Shown here one piece after another: positions 38,030 to 52,568 of a stretch of DNA of 64,000 nucleotides. This DNA comes from Felis catus (lineage: Eukaryota). Made by a program: the position numbers and the translations under genes. The notes beneath the pieces were generated by a model. It did no database searches. It was not told where the DNA came from and worked only from the letters and a program-made list of their open reading frames with translations. Position 1 is the first letter of the stretch, and each line of letters opens with the position of its first letter. The stretch spans positions 166,720,001 to 166,784,000 of the forward strand of contig NC_058368.1 of NCBI RefSeq assembly GCF_018350175.1. The letters run 5' to 3'.

Positions 38030-39190
38030 AATTTTGATTAAACACTGATGTTGTATGTAGGAAAAAGACCAAATCGATATTATTTATGCCTGGAAGTGCT
38101 CAGCCTTACCTGCCAGAACATTATTGTGGGAGATGGAGTTAAACTAATTAGAGTTTGAGATGGATTTCCATTTTGCCATTTCTTTCCTTTCCATTAATTC
38201 ACCACAGACTCCATGCAGTTCCTTCAGAGAAGGGTGACATTACCTTGTGCTTTGATTATGGATGTGGATTCTGAATGGTTTTCTCACTGTTATTGCTCCA
38301 CCTTCATGTTCATGTGCCTCTGAGGAGGTCCCTAACCACACTTTGACCTCCAGTGGTAGAAAGCTTTTCTCATTGGTGGAAGCAATGAAGCTTCTGTTCT
38401 GGTACAGCTTCATTCTTCCTCAGAGACCTGGGTACCCAAGTGCTCAGTTTCTCAATAATCCTTCTTCTCCTTCTCTTCCAATGAGAGCCAATTTCTGCTT
38501 CGTGCTGGTGGTGTTTTTGAGCAGAAGAGTTTCCTGACCTCCCAGAAAGAGCAGGTCTCTCCTTCTTATAACAAAGAGTGTTTCTTGATCCTCCTCAGAA
38601 GTAGAGAACTTTTACTCCTCCACCAGAAGCAATGAACATTTGCCTTGACCCTGGAGCTTGCAGTGTTTGTTCCCACCAGTGCCTTTAAGGTTTTGCTTCA
38701 TGTTGGAGTAGGTCTAGGGAAGAAAATGTTGATCAGTTCCTGTCACCCAGTACCCGCTAATAACCTCCTCTCTGAGTTCCCAAAGGGACTCTCACTTGTT
38801 CCCTGACCCACCCCCAATCCTTGTTCTGAGTACCTAAGAAAGGACCAGGGGAAAGAATTTGTGAGTGAGGGCAGACTCTTGTTTCCTGGGCATCCAGTGA
38901 CTCAAAACTAACATGTTATCCTAAATCAAGGTTTTACGGATCTGTAAACTTTTAGCTGATTTCTTACTTCCTTGTATGGTGATCAGCTCTTCCTCCAGTG
39001 ACCTGCCAAAGTGAAACAAATGCTGTGACTCATTTTTCCTTTGCTGTCACTTTTTGTAATACAACTTACCTATCTTGCAACTGTAGCTTTCAGATGGTTT
39101 TAGGAAAAATTAGGATTTTTGTCAGTTAACTGCCTTTTTTCTTCTTATTAGGTGGTGAGTGACATTCTTTTGCTGTTTTCTACACCTTAA
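37750..39190 (-). mobile_element. Ancient L1M 5'-region relic containing (TG)n at ~37975-38025
   Basis: Pyrimidine-rich decayed L1M-like motifs; boundaries approximate. Confidence 0.45.
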
Positions 39191-39911
39191 TCAGAAAAAG
39201 ATATCTCATGTTTTCTTTGAATTATCATCTTAAATCTTCTTGGTATTTCACTGATAAGAAAGGAGATTGAAGAGGATTTGTTTAATGAATATTCAGTATT
39301 TTACGTTGCTTCAAGGTTTGTCCAAAATTTAGTATTAACCAAAATTTTTGTTAACAATAATGCAGGTTTTCTAGAAGTGAATATAATAAAATATACACTG
39401 ATCTATCATTAAGCTCTAGCCTTGCTTTTTGAATAAGTACACTTAATCATATTTCAGGCTTCTCTGTAGAGATAAATTTCTCTCTTTCTAACTATTATGG
39501 AATAATGTATTAATATTCAAAAATTTTACTCATGCCACTCTTTCATCAAATGAAAGTTGTGTTATTCCTAATATAGAAGTAATAGGAGAGTACGAATGTT
39601 CTATTTAAAGGTTGAGAGGGAGAAGATAAACAAAGGTAACTTTTTGTTTTCTGCTCTCTATCTGTCCCTCAAAACTCCCAAGTGGTCCATGAGCAGCCTC
39701 AGAGTAACCTGCGGATTTCTCATTAAAATAAAGCCAAGTCTCCCAGTCCTATTTAATCTGAATTTCTGGAAATAAAGCCCATGCAAATGTATTTTAATTT
39801 GTTCTTCAGATAATTCTCATGTTCATTAGGGCATTTTGTAGCATATATTAAAACCACAGGAAACAGCAAAAAATTGCCATTTTATTTTTATATTTTTACA
39901 AGGAGTCCCAC

Positions 39912-40137
39912 ATTTTTTAAAGCTTATTTATTTATATTGAGGGAAAGAGAGAGAGAGAGAGGAGACATGTGAGTGGGGAGGGGCAGAGAGAAAGGAGGCG
40001 GGAGAGAAAATCCCAAGCAGAATCCAAACTGCCAGTGCAGAGCCATATGCGAGGATCAATTTCACAAACTGTGAGATCATGACCTGAGCCAAAATCAAGA
40101 GTTGGAGGCTTAACTCACTCAGCTACCTAGGTGCCTC
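39912..40137 (-). mobile_element. Can-SINE
   Basis: Reverse-strand SINE body, gagatcatgacctgagcc. Confidence 0.88.
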
Positions 40138-40929
40138 AGAAAATTATCATTCTAGTTTGCCTCTGTAATTTATTAAATAAGTATTGATGTGTAATAGTTT
40201 AAATAGTAACAGTCATAGTCTGAAGCAATAATTTTACTAAACTTTCAGAAAGTCTTATACCAACTACTATCTCCACATTTCTTCTAAATAGTCTTAATTT
40301 GCTGCATATATGGTTTTCTAAGAGAAGCCCCAAATTAAAAATTGTTAAGTGGAATAATATGCAAGAATTAGGGAATAGAAAAGTGATACATTATAGCTAT
40401 TTTTCCAGTTATAATTTACCTATTCTTTTTGTTCACTAAAAATGGAAAATAAATACTTGTTTTAAAATAAGCTACCAGAACGAATATGTTAAAACTGGCA
40501 ATCTTATAAAATACATACCCAAAGCTCCTGGAACTTTGTTAATACATATATTGAGACTATATAAAATCTTATCTGAAAAGTGTTAAAATATATTTAAAGA
40601 AGAGTTAAGATAAATAGTTCAGCATAGAATAATCATAGGATATGCCAATTCATTATTTCTTCATTTATAAACAATTGTGCATAAAAAATGTTGACTTATA
40701 GGAAGTTTAGAAGTTCAGGTTAATAAGCCTCATGTATTTGAATTTTTCAAAGTGATTACTTTGAGTATTATTAATTGCAAAGAAACAAGATTTTTTTTCT
40801 GATTCAGGGAGACTCCTATTTACTTTATAAATGTTATAAAACATATAATTTAATGTTTTTAAGTCAGAAAATTGTTTAAGGGTGAAGTATAGGGAAATTA
40901 TTATTTAGATGAGTAAATATGACACTGTA

Positions 40930-41165
40930 TATTCTACTATAAAAATGCCATGAGAAGAAAACCTCCCAGAGAAAGCACCTAACTTAGAGAAGTGAAGCCA
41001 AGAACTCTAGGGAAATAAACTGGTGCTACGAAGTCCCTGCAGCACGGGCACCTTGAGTTAGACCTATCCCTGAATATTTCAATTATGCAAGAAAACACAC
41101 TCCATCTTGATTAAACCAGATTGTGTTATGTGTTCATTGTCACTTAGAATCCAGAGTCCTGAGGC
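40930..41165 (+). mobile_element. MLT1-like LTR relic
   Basis: ctatccctgaatatttcaattatg...ttaaaccagatt...tgtcacttagaatccagagtcctga 3' LTR motif. Confidence 0.5.
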
Positions 41166-41424
41166 TTTGCCAATTCTATCAAATGAGTAGAAAGTATTTT
41201 TATAGCATAAAATATTTATCTGGATAATTACCATAAATTATGAGACCAGAGTCTCCTGTTAAGATTGCATCTTATTTTGAGTCATGCCCACTTCTATTTT
41301 CTTATACTGTGAATGTTTATTTTTTCTTTATTTCTTAACTGATTTTTGAATTTCCAAAAGGAATAGATTTGCTAATTATATTGTTCTCTTATTTTTCACT
41401 GTGTCTCCTTTCTCTTAAATATGT

Positions 41425-41622
41425 ATTTTTAAAATTTTTTATTTTAAATGAGAGAAAGCACGTGATGAGGGGAGGGGCAAAAGAAAGAGAGAGAATGCTA
41501 AGCATGCTCTGTGCTCAGCATGGAGCCCAACACAAGGCTCAGTCTTACAACTGTGAGATCATGACCTGATCATGACTGGTATCAAGAGTCAAAGGCTTAA
41601 CTGACTGAGCCACCCAGGCATC
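41425..41622 (-). mobile_element. Can-SINE
   Basis: ctgactgagccacccaggcatcc head on the minus strand. Confidence 0.85.
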
Positions 41623-41769
41623 CAACTATATTTTAATCCTTAATTTATAGGCATGTTTTAAATTTTGTTAAGCATTTTGTAATTATTTTCCTAGCTTTTT
41701 CATATTTGATAGCTTATTTTAATAAAAATATGAAAATTTATTACATATGATAAAATAATGATAAAATGT

Positions 41770-44700
41770 ATTTTTTTGTTTTGTTTTTGGTATTTTTATT
41801 TTTTTCAATTTACATCCAAGTGAGTTAGAATCTAGTGCAACAATGATTTCAGGAGTAGATTCCATAATGCCCCTTATCCATTTAGCCCATCCCCCCTCCC
41901 CCACCCCCTCCAGTAACCCTCTGTTTTTTCTCCATATTTAAGAGTCTCTTATGTTTTGTCCCTTCCCTGTTTTTATATTATTTTTGCTTCCCTTCCCTTT
42001 TGTTCATCTGTTTTCTCTCATAAGGTCCTCATATGAGTGAAGTCATATGATTTTTGTCTTTTTCTGACTAATTTCACTCAGCATAATACCCTCCAGTTCC
42101 ATCCCCATAGTTGCAAATGGCAAGATTTCATTCTTTTTGATTGCCGAGTAATACTCCATTGTATATATAAACTACCTCTTCTTTATCCATTCATAAACCC
42201 TTGGACACTTGGACTCTTTCCCTACTTCAGCTATTGTTGATAGTGCTTCTGGAAACATTGGGGTGCATGTGCCCCTTTGAAACAGCACACCTATATCCCT
42301 TGGATAAACACCTAGTAGTGCAATGGCTGGGTCATAGGGTCGTTCTATTTTTAATTTTTCGAGGAACTTCCATAGTGTTTTCCAGAGTGGCTGCACTAGT
42401 TTGCATTCCCACCAGCAGTGCAAAAGAGAACCTCTTTCTCCGCATCCTCACCCACATCTATTGTTTCCTGAGTTGTTAATGTTAGCCATTCTGTCAGGTG
42501 TGAGGTGGTCTCTCATTGTGGTTTTGACTTGTATTTCCCTGATGATGAGTGATGTTGAACATTTTTTCATGTGTCGCTTGGCCATCTGGATATCTTCTTT
42601 GGAGAAGTGTCTATTCATATCTTTTGCCCATTTCTTCACTGGATTATTTGGTTTTTGGGTGTTGAGATTGATAAGTTCTTTATAGAGTTTGGATACTAAC
42701 CCTTTATCTGATAGGTCATTTGCAAATATTTTCTCCCATTTCATAGGTTGCCTTTAGTTTTGTTGATTGTTTCCTTCATTGTGCAGAAGCTTTTTATTTT
42801 GATGAGGTCCTAATAGTTCATTTTTGCTTTTGTTTTCCTTGCCTATGGAGACATGTTGTGTAAGAAGTTGCTGCAGCCAAGGTCAAAGAGGTTTTTGCCA
42901 GATTTCTCCTTGAGAATTTTGATGGCTTCCTGTCTTACGTTTAGGTCTTTCTTCCATTTTGAGTTTATTTTTGTATATGGTGTAAGAAAGTGGTTTAGGT
43001 TCATTTTTCTGCATGTTGCTGTCCAGTTTTCACAGCACCACTTGCTGAAGAGACTGCCTTTATTCCATTGGATACTCTTTCCTGCTTTGTCAAAGATTAG
43101 TTGGCCATACATGTGTGGGTCCATTACTGCATTGTCTATTCTGTTCCATTGATCTGAGTGTCTGTTTTTTGCCAATATCATACTGTCTTGATGATTACAA
43201 CTTTGTAACAAGCTTGAAGTCTGGGATTTTGATGCCTCCTGCTTCGGTTTTCTTTTTCAAGATTGCTTTGGCTATTTGGTGTCTTTTCTGGTTCCATAGA
43301 AATTTTAGGATTGTTTGCTCTAGCTCTATGAAGAATTCTGGTGTTATCTTGATAGGTATTGAATTGAATATGTAGATTGCTTTGGGTAGTATTAACATTG
43401 TAACAATATTTGTTCTTCCTATCCAGGAGCATAGAATATTTTTCTTTTGTGTGTGTGTGTCTTCTTCAATTTCTTTCATAAGTTTTCTATAGTTTTCGGT
43501 GTATAGATTTTTCACCTCTTTGGTTAGATTTATTCCTATGTATTTTATGGGTTTTGGTGCAATTGTAAATGTGATCAATTCCTCGATTTCTCTTTCTTTT
43601 GCTTAAATGTTCGTGTGTAGGAATGCAACCAATTTCTGTGCATTGATTTTATATCCTGCAACTTTGCTGAATTCATGAATCAGTTCTAACAGTTTTTTGG
43701 TGGAATCTTTTGGGTTTTCCGTATAGAGTATCATGTCATCTGCAAAGAGTGAAAGTTTGACTTCCCCCTGGCCAATTTGGATGCCTTTTATTTCTTTGTG
43801 TTGTCTGATTGCAGAGGCTAAGACTTCCAATACTATGCTGAATAACAGTGGTGAGAGTGAACATCCCTGTCTAGTTCCTGACCTTAAGGGAAAAGCTCTC
43901 AGTTTTTCCCCACTGAGGATGATATTAGCATTGGGTCGTCTGTAAATGGCTTTTATTATCTTGAGGTATGATTCTTCTATCCCTACTTACTTGAGGGTTT
44001 TTTATCAAGGAAGGATGTTGTATTTTGTCAAGTGTCTTTTCTGCATCTATTGAGAAGATCAAGTGGTTCTTGTCCTTTCTTTTATTGATGAGATGAATCA
44101 CATTGATTGCTTTGTGGGTATTGAACTAGCCCTGCATCCCAGGTATAAGTCCCACTTGGTCATGGTTGATAATTTTTTAATGTATTGCTGGATCCATTTG
44201 GCTAATATCTTGTTGAGGATTTTTGCACCCATGTTCATCAGGGAAATTGGTCTATAGTTCTCCTTTTTCGTGGGGTCTCTGTCTGGTTTTGGAATCAAGG
44301 TAATGCTGGCTTCATAGAAAGAGTTTGGAAATTTTCCTTCCATTTCTATTTTTTAGAAAAGCTTCAAGAAAATAGGTGTTAACTCTTCCTTAAATGTTTG
44401 GTAGAATTCCCCTGGAAAGCCGTCTCTCCCTGGACTCTTGTTTTTTGGGAGATTTTTAATTACTAATTCAATTTCTTTACTGGTTATGGGTCTGTTCAAA
44501 TTTTCTATTTCTTCCTGTTTCAGTTTTGGTAGTTCATATGTTTCTAGGAGTTTTCCATTTTTTCCAGATTGTCCATTTTATTGGCATGTAATTATTCATA
44601 ATATTCTCTTATTATTGTTTGTATTTCTGCTGTGTTGGTTTTGATCTCTCTTTCATTCTTGATTTTATTTATTTGGGTCCCTTCCTTTTTGTTTTTTATC

Positions 44701-46864
44701 AAGCTGGCTAGGGGCTTATCAATTTTGTTAATTGTTTCAAAGTACCAGCTTCTGATTTCATTGATTTGTTCTGATTTTTTGGTTTTGATAGCATTGATTT
44801 CTGCTCTAATCTTTATTATTTCCTGTCTTCTGCTGGTTTGGGGTTTTATTTGCTGTTCCTTTTCCAGCTCCTTAAGGCATAAGGTTAGGTTGTGTATCTG
44901 AGATCTTTCTTCCTTCTTTAGGAAGGCCTGGATTGCTATATTCCATTTTATGACCGCTTTTGCTGTATTCCAGAGGTTTTGGGCTGTGGTGGTATCATTT
45001 TCATTGGCTTCCATGTACTTTTTAATTTCCTCTTTAACTTTTTGGTTAGCCCATTCATTCTTTAGTAGGATGTTCTTTAATCTCCAAGTATTTGTTATCT
45101 TTCCAAATTTTTTCTTGTGGTTGATTTCGAGTTTCATAGCATTGTGGTCTGCAAATATGCATGGTATGATATCAATCTTTTTGTACTTGTGAGCTGATTA
45201 GTGTCCTGGTATGTTATCTATTCTGGAGAATGTCCCATGTGCACTGGAGAAGAATATACATTCCACTGCTTTAGGATGAAATGTTATGAATATATCTGTT
45301 AAGTCCATCTGGTCTAGTGTGTCATTAAAAGTCATTGTTTCCTTGTTGATTTTTCTGTTTATATTATCTGTCCATTGCCATGAGTGGGGTATTGAAGTCC
45401 CCTGCTATTATGGTATTATTATCAATGAATTTCTTTATGTTTGTAATTAAATGATTTATATATTTGGGTTTTCCACATTTGGAGCATAAATGTTTACAAT
45501 TATTAGGTTTTCTTGGTGGATAGACCCCTTAATTATGATATAATACCCTTCTTAATCTCCTGTTACACTCTTTATTTTAAAGTCTAGATTGTCTGATATA
45601 AGTATGGCTACTCTGGCTTTCTTTTGTCAGCTATTAGCATGGTAGATGGTTCTCCTTTCCCTTAATTTCCATTTGGAGGTGTCTTTAGGTGTAATGTGGG
45701 TCTCTTGTAAACAGATCCATATAGATGGATCCTGTTTTCTTATCCATTCTGTTACCCTATGTCTTTTGATTGGAGCATTTAGTCCATTGACATTTCGAGT
45801 GAGTACTGAAAGATATGAGTTTATTTCCCTTATTTTGCCTGTAGAGTTGGTTTCTGGTGGTGTTCTCTGATTCTTTCTCGTCTTTGTTGCTTTAGGTCTT
45901 TTTTTTTTTCATCTTTTCTCCCTTCAGAGAGTCCCCCTTAAGATTTCTTGAAGAGCTGGTTTAGTGGTCATGAACTTCTTTAGTTTTTGTTTATCTGGGA
46001 AACTTTTAATCTCTCCTTCTATTATGAATGACATCCTTGCTGGATAAAGAATTCTTGGCTGCATATTTTTCTGATTTAGCACATTGAATGTACCCAGCCA
46101 CTGCTTTCTGGCCTGCCAAGTTTCTGTGGATAGGTCTGCTGCAAACCTGATCTATCTTCCCTTGTAGGTTAAGGAATTTTTTCCCCTTGTTGCTTTCATG
46201 ATTCTTTCCTTGCCTTAGTATTTTGTGAATTTGACTATGATATGCCTTGTCGATGATCGTTTTTTGTTGAATCTAATGGGAGTCCTCTGTGTTTCCAGGA
46301 TTTTGATGTCTGTGTCTTTCTCAAGGTTAGAAAAGTTTTCTGTTATGATTTGCTCATATAACACTTCTACACCCTTTTTTTTCCTCTCATCACCTTCTTG
46401 GACTCCCATGATTCTGATGTTGTTACTTTTTAATAAGTCCCTGATTTCTCTAATTCTTAAATCATGCTATTTTGCCTTAGTCTCTCTCTTTTTTTCTGTT
46501 TCATTATTCTCCGTAAGTTTGTCCTGTATTCACTGACTCACTCTCCCTCATCCATTTTTGCCACAGTGGCATCCATATGAGTTTGAAGCTTAGTTGTAGC
46601 ATTTTTTTAATTCATCTGGACTAGCTTTTACTTTTTTTTAGCTCCAAAGAAAGGAATTCTAGTGTATTTTCGATCCCAGCTAGTATTCTTATCATCATGA
46701 TTCTAAATTCTCATTCAAACCTCTTGCTTGTATCTGTGTTGATTAAGTCCCTGGTTCTCATTTCTTCCTGCTCTTTCTTTTGGGGTAAATTCCTTCATTT
46801 TGTCATTTTGATGAAAGAAGAGGAATTAATAAGGTAAAAAAAAATAACATTAAAACAACACACA

Positions 46865-46912
<48 letters not shown>

Positions 46913-48512
46913 TCAAGTAAATGATGTTAGATCCAAGGTGTGTTTTGGTCTGGTGTTGAAAGGAGCTTGACAGATTAGAAAAAAAGGGGGGGGGAGACAA
47001 ATGTTTGAAAATTTGAAAAAATGTATGCAATGAAATGATAGAAGTAAAATAGAATTTGAAAAATTTACAAAAATGTAAAAAATATAGTAGAAAAAAATTA
47101 AAAATATTTTTATTAAAAACTGAAATGAAAATAATTTTTATCTTTCTGTATTCAAGAAAAGAAATACATGAAAAAGAAAAAGTAAAAGAAAATTGAATAG
47201 GTAGACCAGTGAGCAGTCTGAAATACGATTGAATTATATCCTTTTCCCCTAGAAGTCAAATTATGAAGCACTTTATCATCCATAAACTATATGGACTGGT
47301 GGAGAGATTTGTGGTGTTCCTGAAGAGTGATGTTGGCCGTGTTGGGTGGGGCTTAGTGTAATGGTTTGTTCTCTACTAGATGCTGCTGCTTAGCTTACTA
47401 GAGTAGATGGTTGTGGCACTTGTAGGTGTATATGTGCATGCACAGGAAGGGTGAAAATGGTATCACCCAGCTACCCAGTCTCTAGTATCAGAACTCTGTT
47501 CTCCCTCATCAGCAATTGCACACCCGCCCATTGTCTCTAGCTTCCATCCACTCCCCACTTTTATACTGTCTGTGACCAAGCCATCAGGTTGCCAGGTGGT
47601 GCCTCCCTCCTGAGTTTTATCTCAGATGTGGCTGTGTTTCCCAACCCCTCATTTCTGAGGGGCCGTGACTTTAACCTGCTTAGACCCTCTGTGGAAGGGT
47701 CTCACCAAGCAATGGCCAGGTGCTGGCTGCACCCAGGAACATTTGCAGGACCGTGCTGCTGCTGCTGCTGATGCCCAGAGACTGCAGCTGGGTGCAGAAA
47801 AAGTTCACATGATCGTGTGGCAGCAGTGTTTCAAGGATTATGGAAAATCACAACACACATCTGGCACCAGGCTTCACCCTTTACAACCTGTTCCAGCATC
47901 AGTGAATGTAGTTGTTTTCTAGAGTCTGCTGGAACTGGGTGGTCACATAGCCTCTATCAAATGTCCTTCCAGCAGGGGAACCGCCTCTCCCTGTGTGCCC
48001 TGAGGATCCCCAGACCTCACTCTGCTCCTGGGGATTCGCCCTTCCCACCAGAGCACCACCAGGTATTCAGCTGCGGAGTTTTAGACTCTGTGCTCCCTGT
48101 TTATAGAGTCTTAATGGAATTTAAACCCTCTCCTTTCTCCTTTCTCCCATTTTTTAGTTCAGTCCCTGTGGCTCTTTCCACTTTTCCACTTTCTCTCCAG
48201 CTGTTTTTTGGGGTGTTGCTTTTCTTGTACTCTCTTCCCATCTCAGTCCTCTCTCCGTAAGCAAAAACAGCTCCCTGCCCTCTGTGGCTTCTCTCTCCCC
48301 CAGTTCACCTGTCCATGCCACGTACCTGCTGAATTCTGTGGTTCAGGTTATGCAGATTGTTGCGTTAATCTTCAAATCATTTTCCTAGGTGTGCAGGATG
48401 GTTTAGTGTTGATCTGGCTGTATTTCATGGACATGAGATGCAAAAACAAAACAAAACAAAACAAAACAAAACAAAACAAAACTTCCATGCTGTTCCACCA
48501 TCTTGGCTCCTC
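41770..48512 (-). mobile_element. Full-length older carnivore L1 with a ~1.7-kb 5'UTR (decayed)
   Basis: 5' gaggagccaagatggtgg at ~48510; ORF1 ATG at 46806 to TGA at ~45924; ORF2 fragments including LFADDM (43603-43830) and YRPISL (44098-44343); T-rich tail ~41770-41810. Confidence 0.95.
46858..46910. repeat. (CA)n inside the L1 5'UTR
   Basis: Read directly from sequence. Confidence 0.95.
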
Positions 48513-48752
48513 TGAAAGATATTAATTTTAATTCAAATATCTTATTTGTCATATTACAGAAATTTTGACTAACAACAATTAAGTTAAATTAATTTCTAAT
48601 TAAAATGTAATTTTTCTTGATTTATTCTCTTATCCCAATAAAATTTTTAGATTTATGTAGTTTTGTTTTCTTTTGCCTTTAATTTCTATTCTTGTTACAT
48701 GCTGATTATAGAAAATGTTCTATACAATTCCTATCTAAAATTTGTTGATTTT

Positions 48753-48963
48753 GGGGGAGCACCTTAGTGGCTCAGTCAGTTAAAGTGTCCAACTTCAGCT
48801 CAGGTCATGATCTCACAGTTTGTGAGTTCCAGCCCCACATCGGGCTGTGTGCTGACAGCTCAGAGCCTGGAGCCTGCTTCAGATTCTGTGTCTCCCTTTC
48901 TCTTTGCTCCTCTCCTGATCATGCTCTCTCTCTCTAAATAAATAAATAAACATTAAAAAAATT
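48753..48963 (+). mobile_element. Can-SINE
   Basis: TSD aaat(t/c)tgttgatttt on both sides. Confidence 0.92.
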
Positions 48964-50089
48964 AAATCTGTTGATTTTTTATGGCCTAGTATGGCTTCAT
49001 TATTTCTAAATATCCATTGACATTCTACTATGGTCTATTGTCTTTGTTTGTAGACTTGTAGGTTGTTTTGTTTCTGGGTTACTTATCAGTAAGCTTACTC
49101 ATTAAATTTCTCTTCTACATCATATGTCTTTTTTTTTTAATTTGGTTTATCAGAAACTGAAAAAGTTCTGTCTAAAATCTGCAGCTATATTGTAGCTTTG
49201 AATTTCTCTCCTTACAGAATTTTTCAGCAGGTCCTTTAATATAGTATCAATCACTGCTGTGTCTAGGGTCTCATTTTATGAGACATGGCACCACATAAGA
49301 AGGAGATGCAATATAGAGCCACAAATATATTTACTTTTATAGATGGTATGACCAAGTTACAGGAGATATAAAATATGTATGGGTCCCAAGGATCCAAAAC
49401 CATCATCTTACAATTTCATCCTTTTTTTATAATGAAAACCTCTCTAAAACACTCACATAACCTCCACCCAAACTACCAGACCATGTCCTGAAGCAATCAG
49501 GAGTGCTCATGAGCACTGAAAATTTCTTGAGTTCTAAGTCCTACTTGTTGGGTTTCAACTGAGATTTTGGCTCATTACTGTTTAGTACAAGCACTCTGAA
49601 TTCCTCTCTCCATCTTATCTGTTTTTCCATAATAGTTTGCTGACGTTGTACTGATACCCTGAATTCAGCAATTTAGAACACTTTATTTATATGTGTATTA
49701 ATTTTCTATTGCTATGTAAGAAATTGTGAGAAACTCAGTGACCTAAAAGAGTACTTATTTATTAGCTCTCAAATTTGTTTATCAGAAGTCCATGCATGGT
49801 GTGGTTAAGTTCTCTGCTCACAATCTTATAAGGCTAAAACCAAGGTGTTAGCTGAGCTGTGTTCCCTTCTGGAAGCTCCAAGGAATGATAACTCCCACAC
49901 TCATTCAGGTTGCTAGCTCCTAGTGACTAAAGTCCATGGTTTCTTACTGATTGTCAGCCATGAGCTGCACATAAATCCTAGTGGCCTTCTACATTCCTTA
50001 CCATGTGGCCACCAATGGAGAATCTCTCTGATGCCAAATGCATCCTAAGCCTTGAATCTCTCTCTCTCTCTAGAAAAAGTCCAGTTCTT

Positions 50090-50480
50090 TTTTTTTAAAG
50101 AACTTTTTTCAGTATTTTTATTGAAGTAAAATGCACATAAGATAAAGTTTGCTATCTTAACCATTTTTAAGTGCACAATTCAGTAGTATTAATTAAATTA
50201 ACATTGTTGTACTGCCACCACCACCATCCATTTCCAGAACTCTTTATTTTGCAAAACTGAAACTCTACACCAATTACATATCAACTCCCCCTTCCTCTCC
50301 TGCCCCAACCCCTGGAAATCAACTCTTCTATTTTCTGTCACTATAAACTTGAATACCTTGGATACCTCCTATAAGTGGAATCATAAATATTTGTCTTTTT
50401 GTGCGTGGCTAATTTCACTTAACATAATGTCCTCAAGGTTCATTGATTTTATAGTATATTGCAGACTTTTCTTCCTTTTC
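50090..50480 (-). mobile_element. L1MA/L1MB-type 3' end fragment
   Basis: tatcttaaccatttttaagtgcacaattcagt...tttccagaactc...aagtggaatcata. Confidence 0.75.
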
Positions 50481-50484
50481 TAAT

Positions 50485-50730
50485 TAATTTCTTTTTTTAA
50501 ATGCTATTCCAGCAGAGTTAACATACAGTGTTATATTAGATTCCGGTGTACAATATAGTGATTCAACAATTCTATACATTACTCAGTGCTCATCACGATA
50601 AGTGTATTCTTAATCTCCATCACCTGTTTCACGCATTCCCCTCCCTACCTTCCCTCTGATAATGATCAGTTTGTTCTCTATATTTCAGAGTCTCTTTTTT
50701 TGTTTGTTTGTCTCTTTTTCTCTTTGTTTT
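50485..50730 (-). mobile_element. Carnivore L1 3' end fragment
   Basis: gttaacatacagtgttatattag..ggtgtacaatatagtg, the same 3' end type as at 59450. Confidence 0.8.
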
Positions 50731-52325
50731 GTTTATTACATTACACATATTTTAAAACCCTTTCTGGTTATGTCAGAGTAATGTAAATAATCTCTCTATC
50801 TTGAACTCAATCTATTTGGGTCCATAACTACATCTTTAATTTTGCCCTACAACCTAAGGTAATTGTGAGGGTGAAAACTCATCAGGTAAAAGACTTTGCC
50901 CACACTCAAGAGTAGGACACTACATAAAGCTAGAGGTCACTGGGGATTGCCTTGGATTTTAGACTACCACACTATGTAACAAAAAATTTACCTTTCTTTT
51001 TATCATTTCTGCCCCAAAATAAATTGCATATGTTATCAATATGTAATTATGTTCTATTTCTCATTTGTGACAGAAAACCTACTTTAGACTAGCATCATCC
51101 CTGTGGGCTTCTTTTTAATGTTCCTTTTTATTTGCATACATCTGGCACACAAGGACTGATTCTAATATTTTTTATCTTTTTGGCATATTGCTTTAGATTT
51201 ATTTATTCTAAATAACATATAGATTTGTTTTGTCCCATTTTAGAATCTTTGTAGTTTCTGTCACAATTTTCTGTTTTAATTTTTTATTATCTTTGCTTTA
51301 CTTCTGTAATGATTTTTATTTTCTTGGTATGTAATTAATATATGTGTTTAAATCTGTATTTTGTCTCAATGTAAAGGAACTAAAAACTCTTTGCTATTAT
51401 TCCTATAACTTAAGACTATTTAATCACACACTCTACAACTACCCAACTACCCCCCCCCCGCCAGCGTACACACACTTATGCAATAATACTCGGTATTTCT
51501 CGAATTATCTGGATTTCTAGCTTATAGTTGTTTTCTTTTCCCACTCTTGAATTCTTTACTTTGATTTGTTTCTTAGTTTACTGTAATTTTGAAATTCCAT
51601 AGCATACTGTTTGAAGTTTGCCTATCTGAAACAATCTTGTTATTGCTGTCTCTGAGTATGAATTTTAACTTAATTATTAAATCTTAAATCATTTGGAAAG
51701 CTTTCATCTCTTCCCAATGTCTTTTAATTGCCCCTTATAGTTTTCATTTTTGTTTCTTCATAGTAGTTTTTGTATTTTGTTGAGAATATACTTTTCCTTG
51801 ATGATAAACTTTTCTTAAAATAGTGAATTTTGAAACTGTGAATTTCTGCCACATCTCTTGTGATATTTTTTATGGGCTCCATCTTGTAAGCAGGCAGTCT
51901 CCACACAAACTGTCTATTGGAAAGTGACATTCCAGATTTGCCTCAACTTCCCTCACTCATCATTCAAATGAAACCAAATCCCCTGTTCAACACTGCATCT
52001 CAAGGGAAGGCTGATTTTCACTGCCCCAGGCAGGGTGCCATTCCTAGCATGGATTCATTGTAGCTCAGCTTTCCTTCTGAGGTGCTGGTCCTACAAACCC
52101 CTTTCCAACAGAGAGTCTCTCATCCAGTAAAGCACAACAGTCACAACAAATTGTCCTCTCCAGCCTTGTCACCAAGTGTCTCCCCCTCCTCTGGCTCTGA
52201 GAAAGTTCATTGTTGCTGAGAATGACTCATAATTAAATGGTTTGTTCCGAGTGTCTGACAATTTTGTCTGTCTTTTTTTGTACATCTCAAAATATAAAGA
52301 GATGTAGAAAGCCATTGAGAGAGAT

Positions 52326-52491
52326 CATTTTTTTTAATGTTTATTTATTTTGAGAGAGAGAGAGAGAGAGAGAGCGAGCGCACTGTCAGCGCAAAGCCCT
52401 ACATGGAGCTCAGTCTCACAAACTGTGATGTCATAATCTGAGCTGAAATCAAGAGTCAGGCAGTTAGCTTACTAAACCACCTAGGTACCCC
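52326..52491 (-). mobile_element. Older Can-SINE with an internal deletion
   Basis: (GA)n joined directly to cactgtcagc; degenerate head. Confidence 0.8.
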
Positions 52492-52568
52492 GAGAGACAC
52501 CAATTTTTTAGGCAACCCAAAAGCAGCGCTTGCAGCTAAATTTTTGTTATAGAAAGTGGGTTTTTAAA

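Larger units (their letters stand above)
49694..50975 (-). mobile_element. MLT1-like LTR split by L1 3'-end insertions
   Basis: tgtattaattttctattgctatgtaa...ttattagctc...aaggtgttagc MaLR motifs; resumes after ~50740 and ends gactaccaca. Confidence 0.6.
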
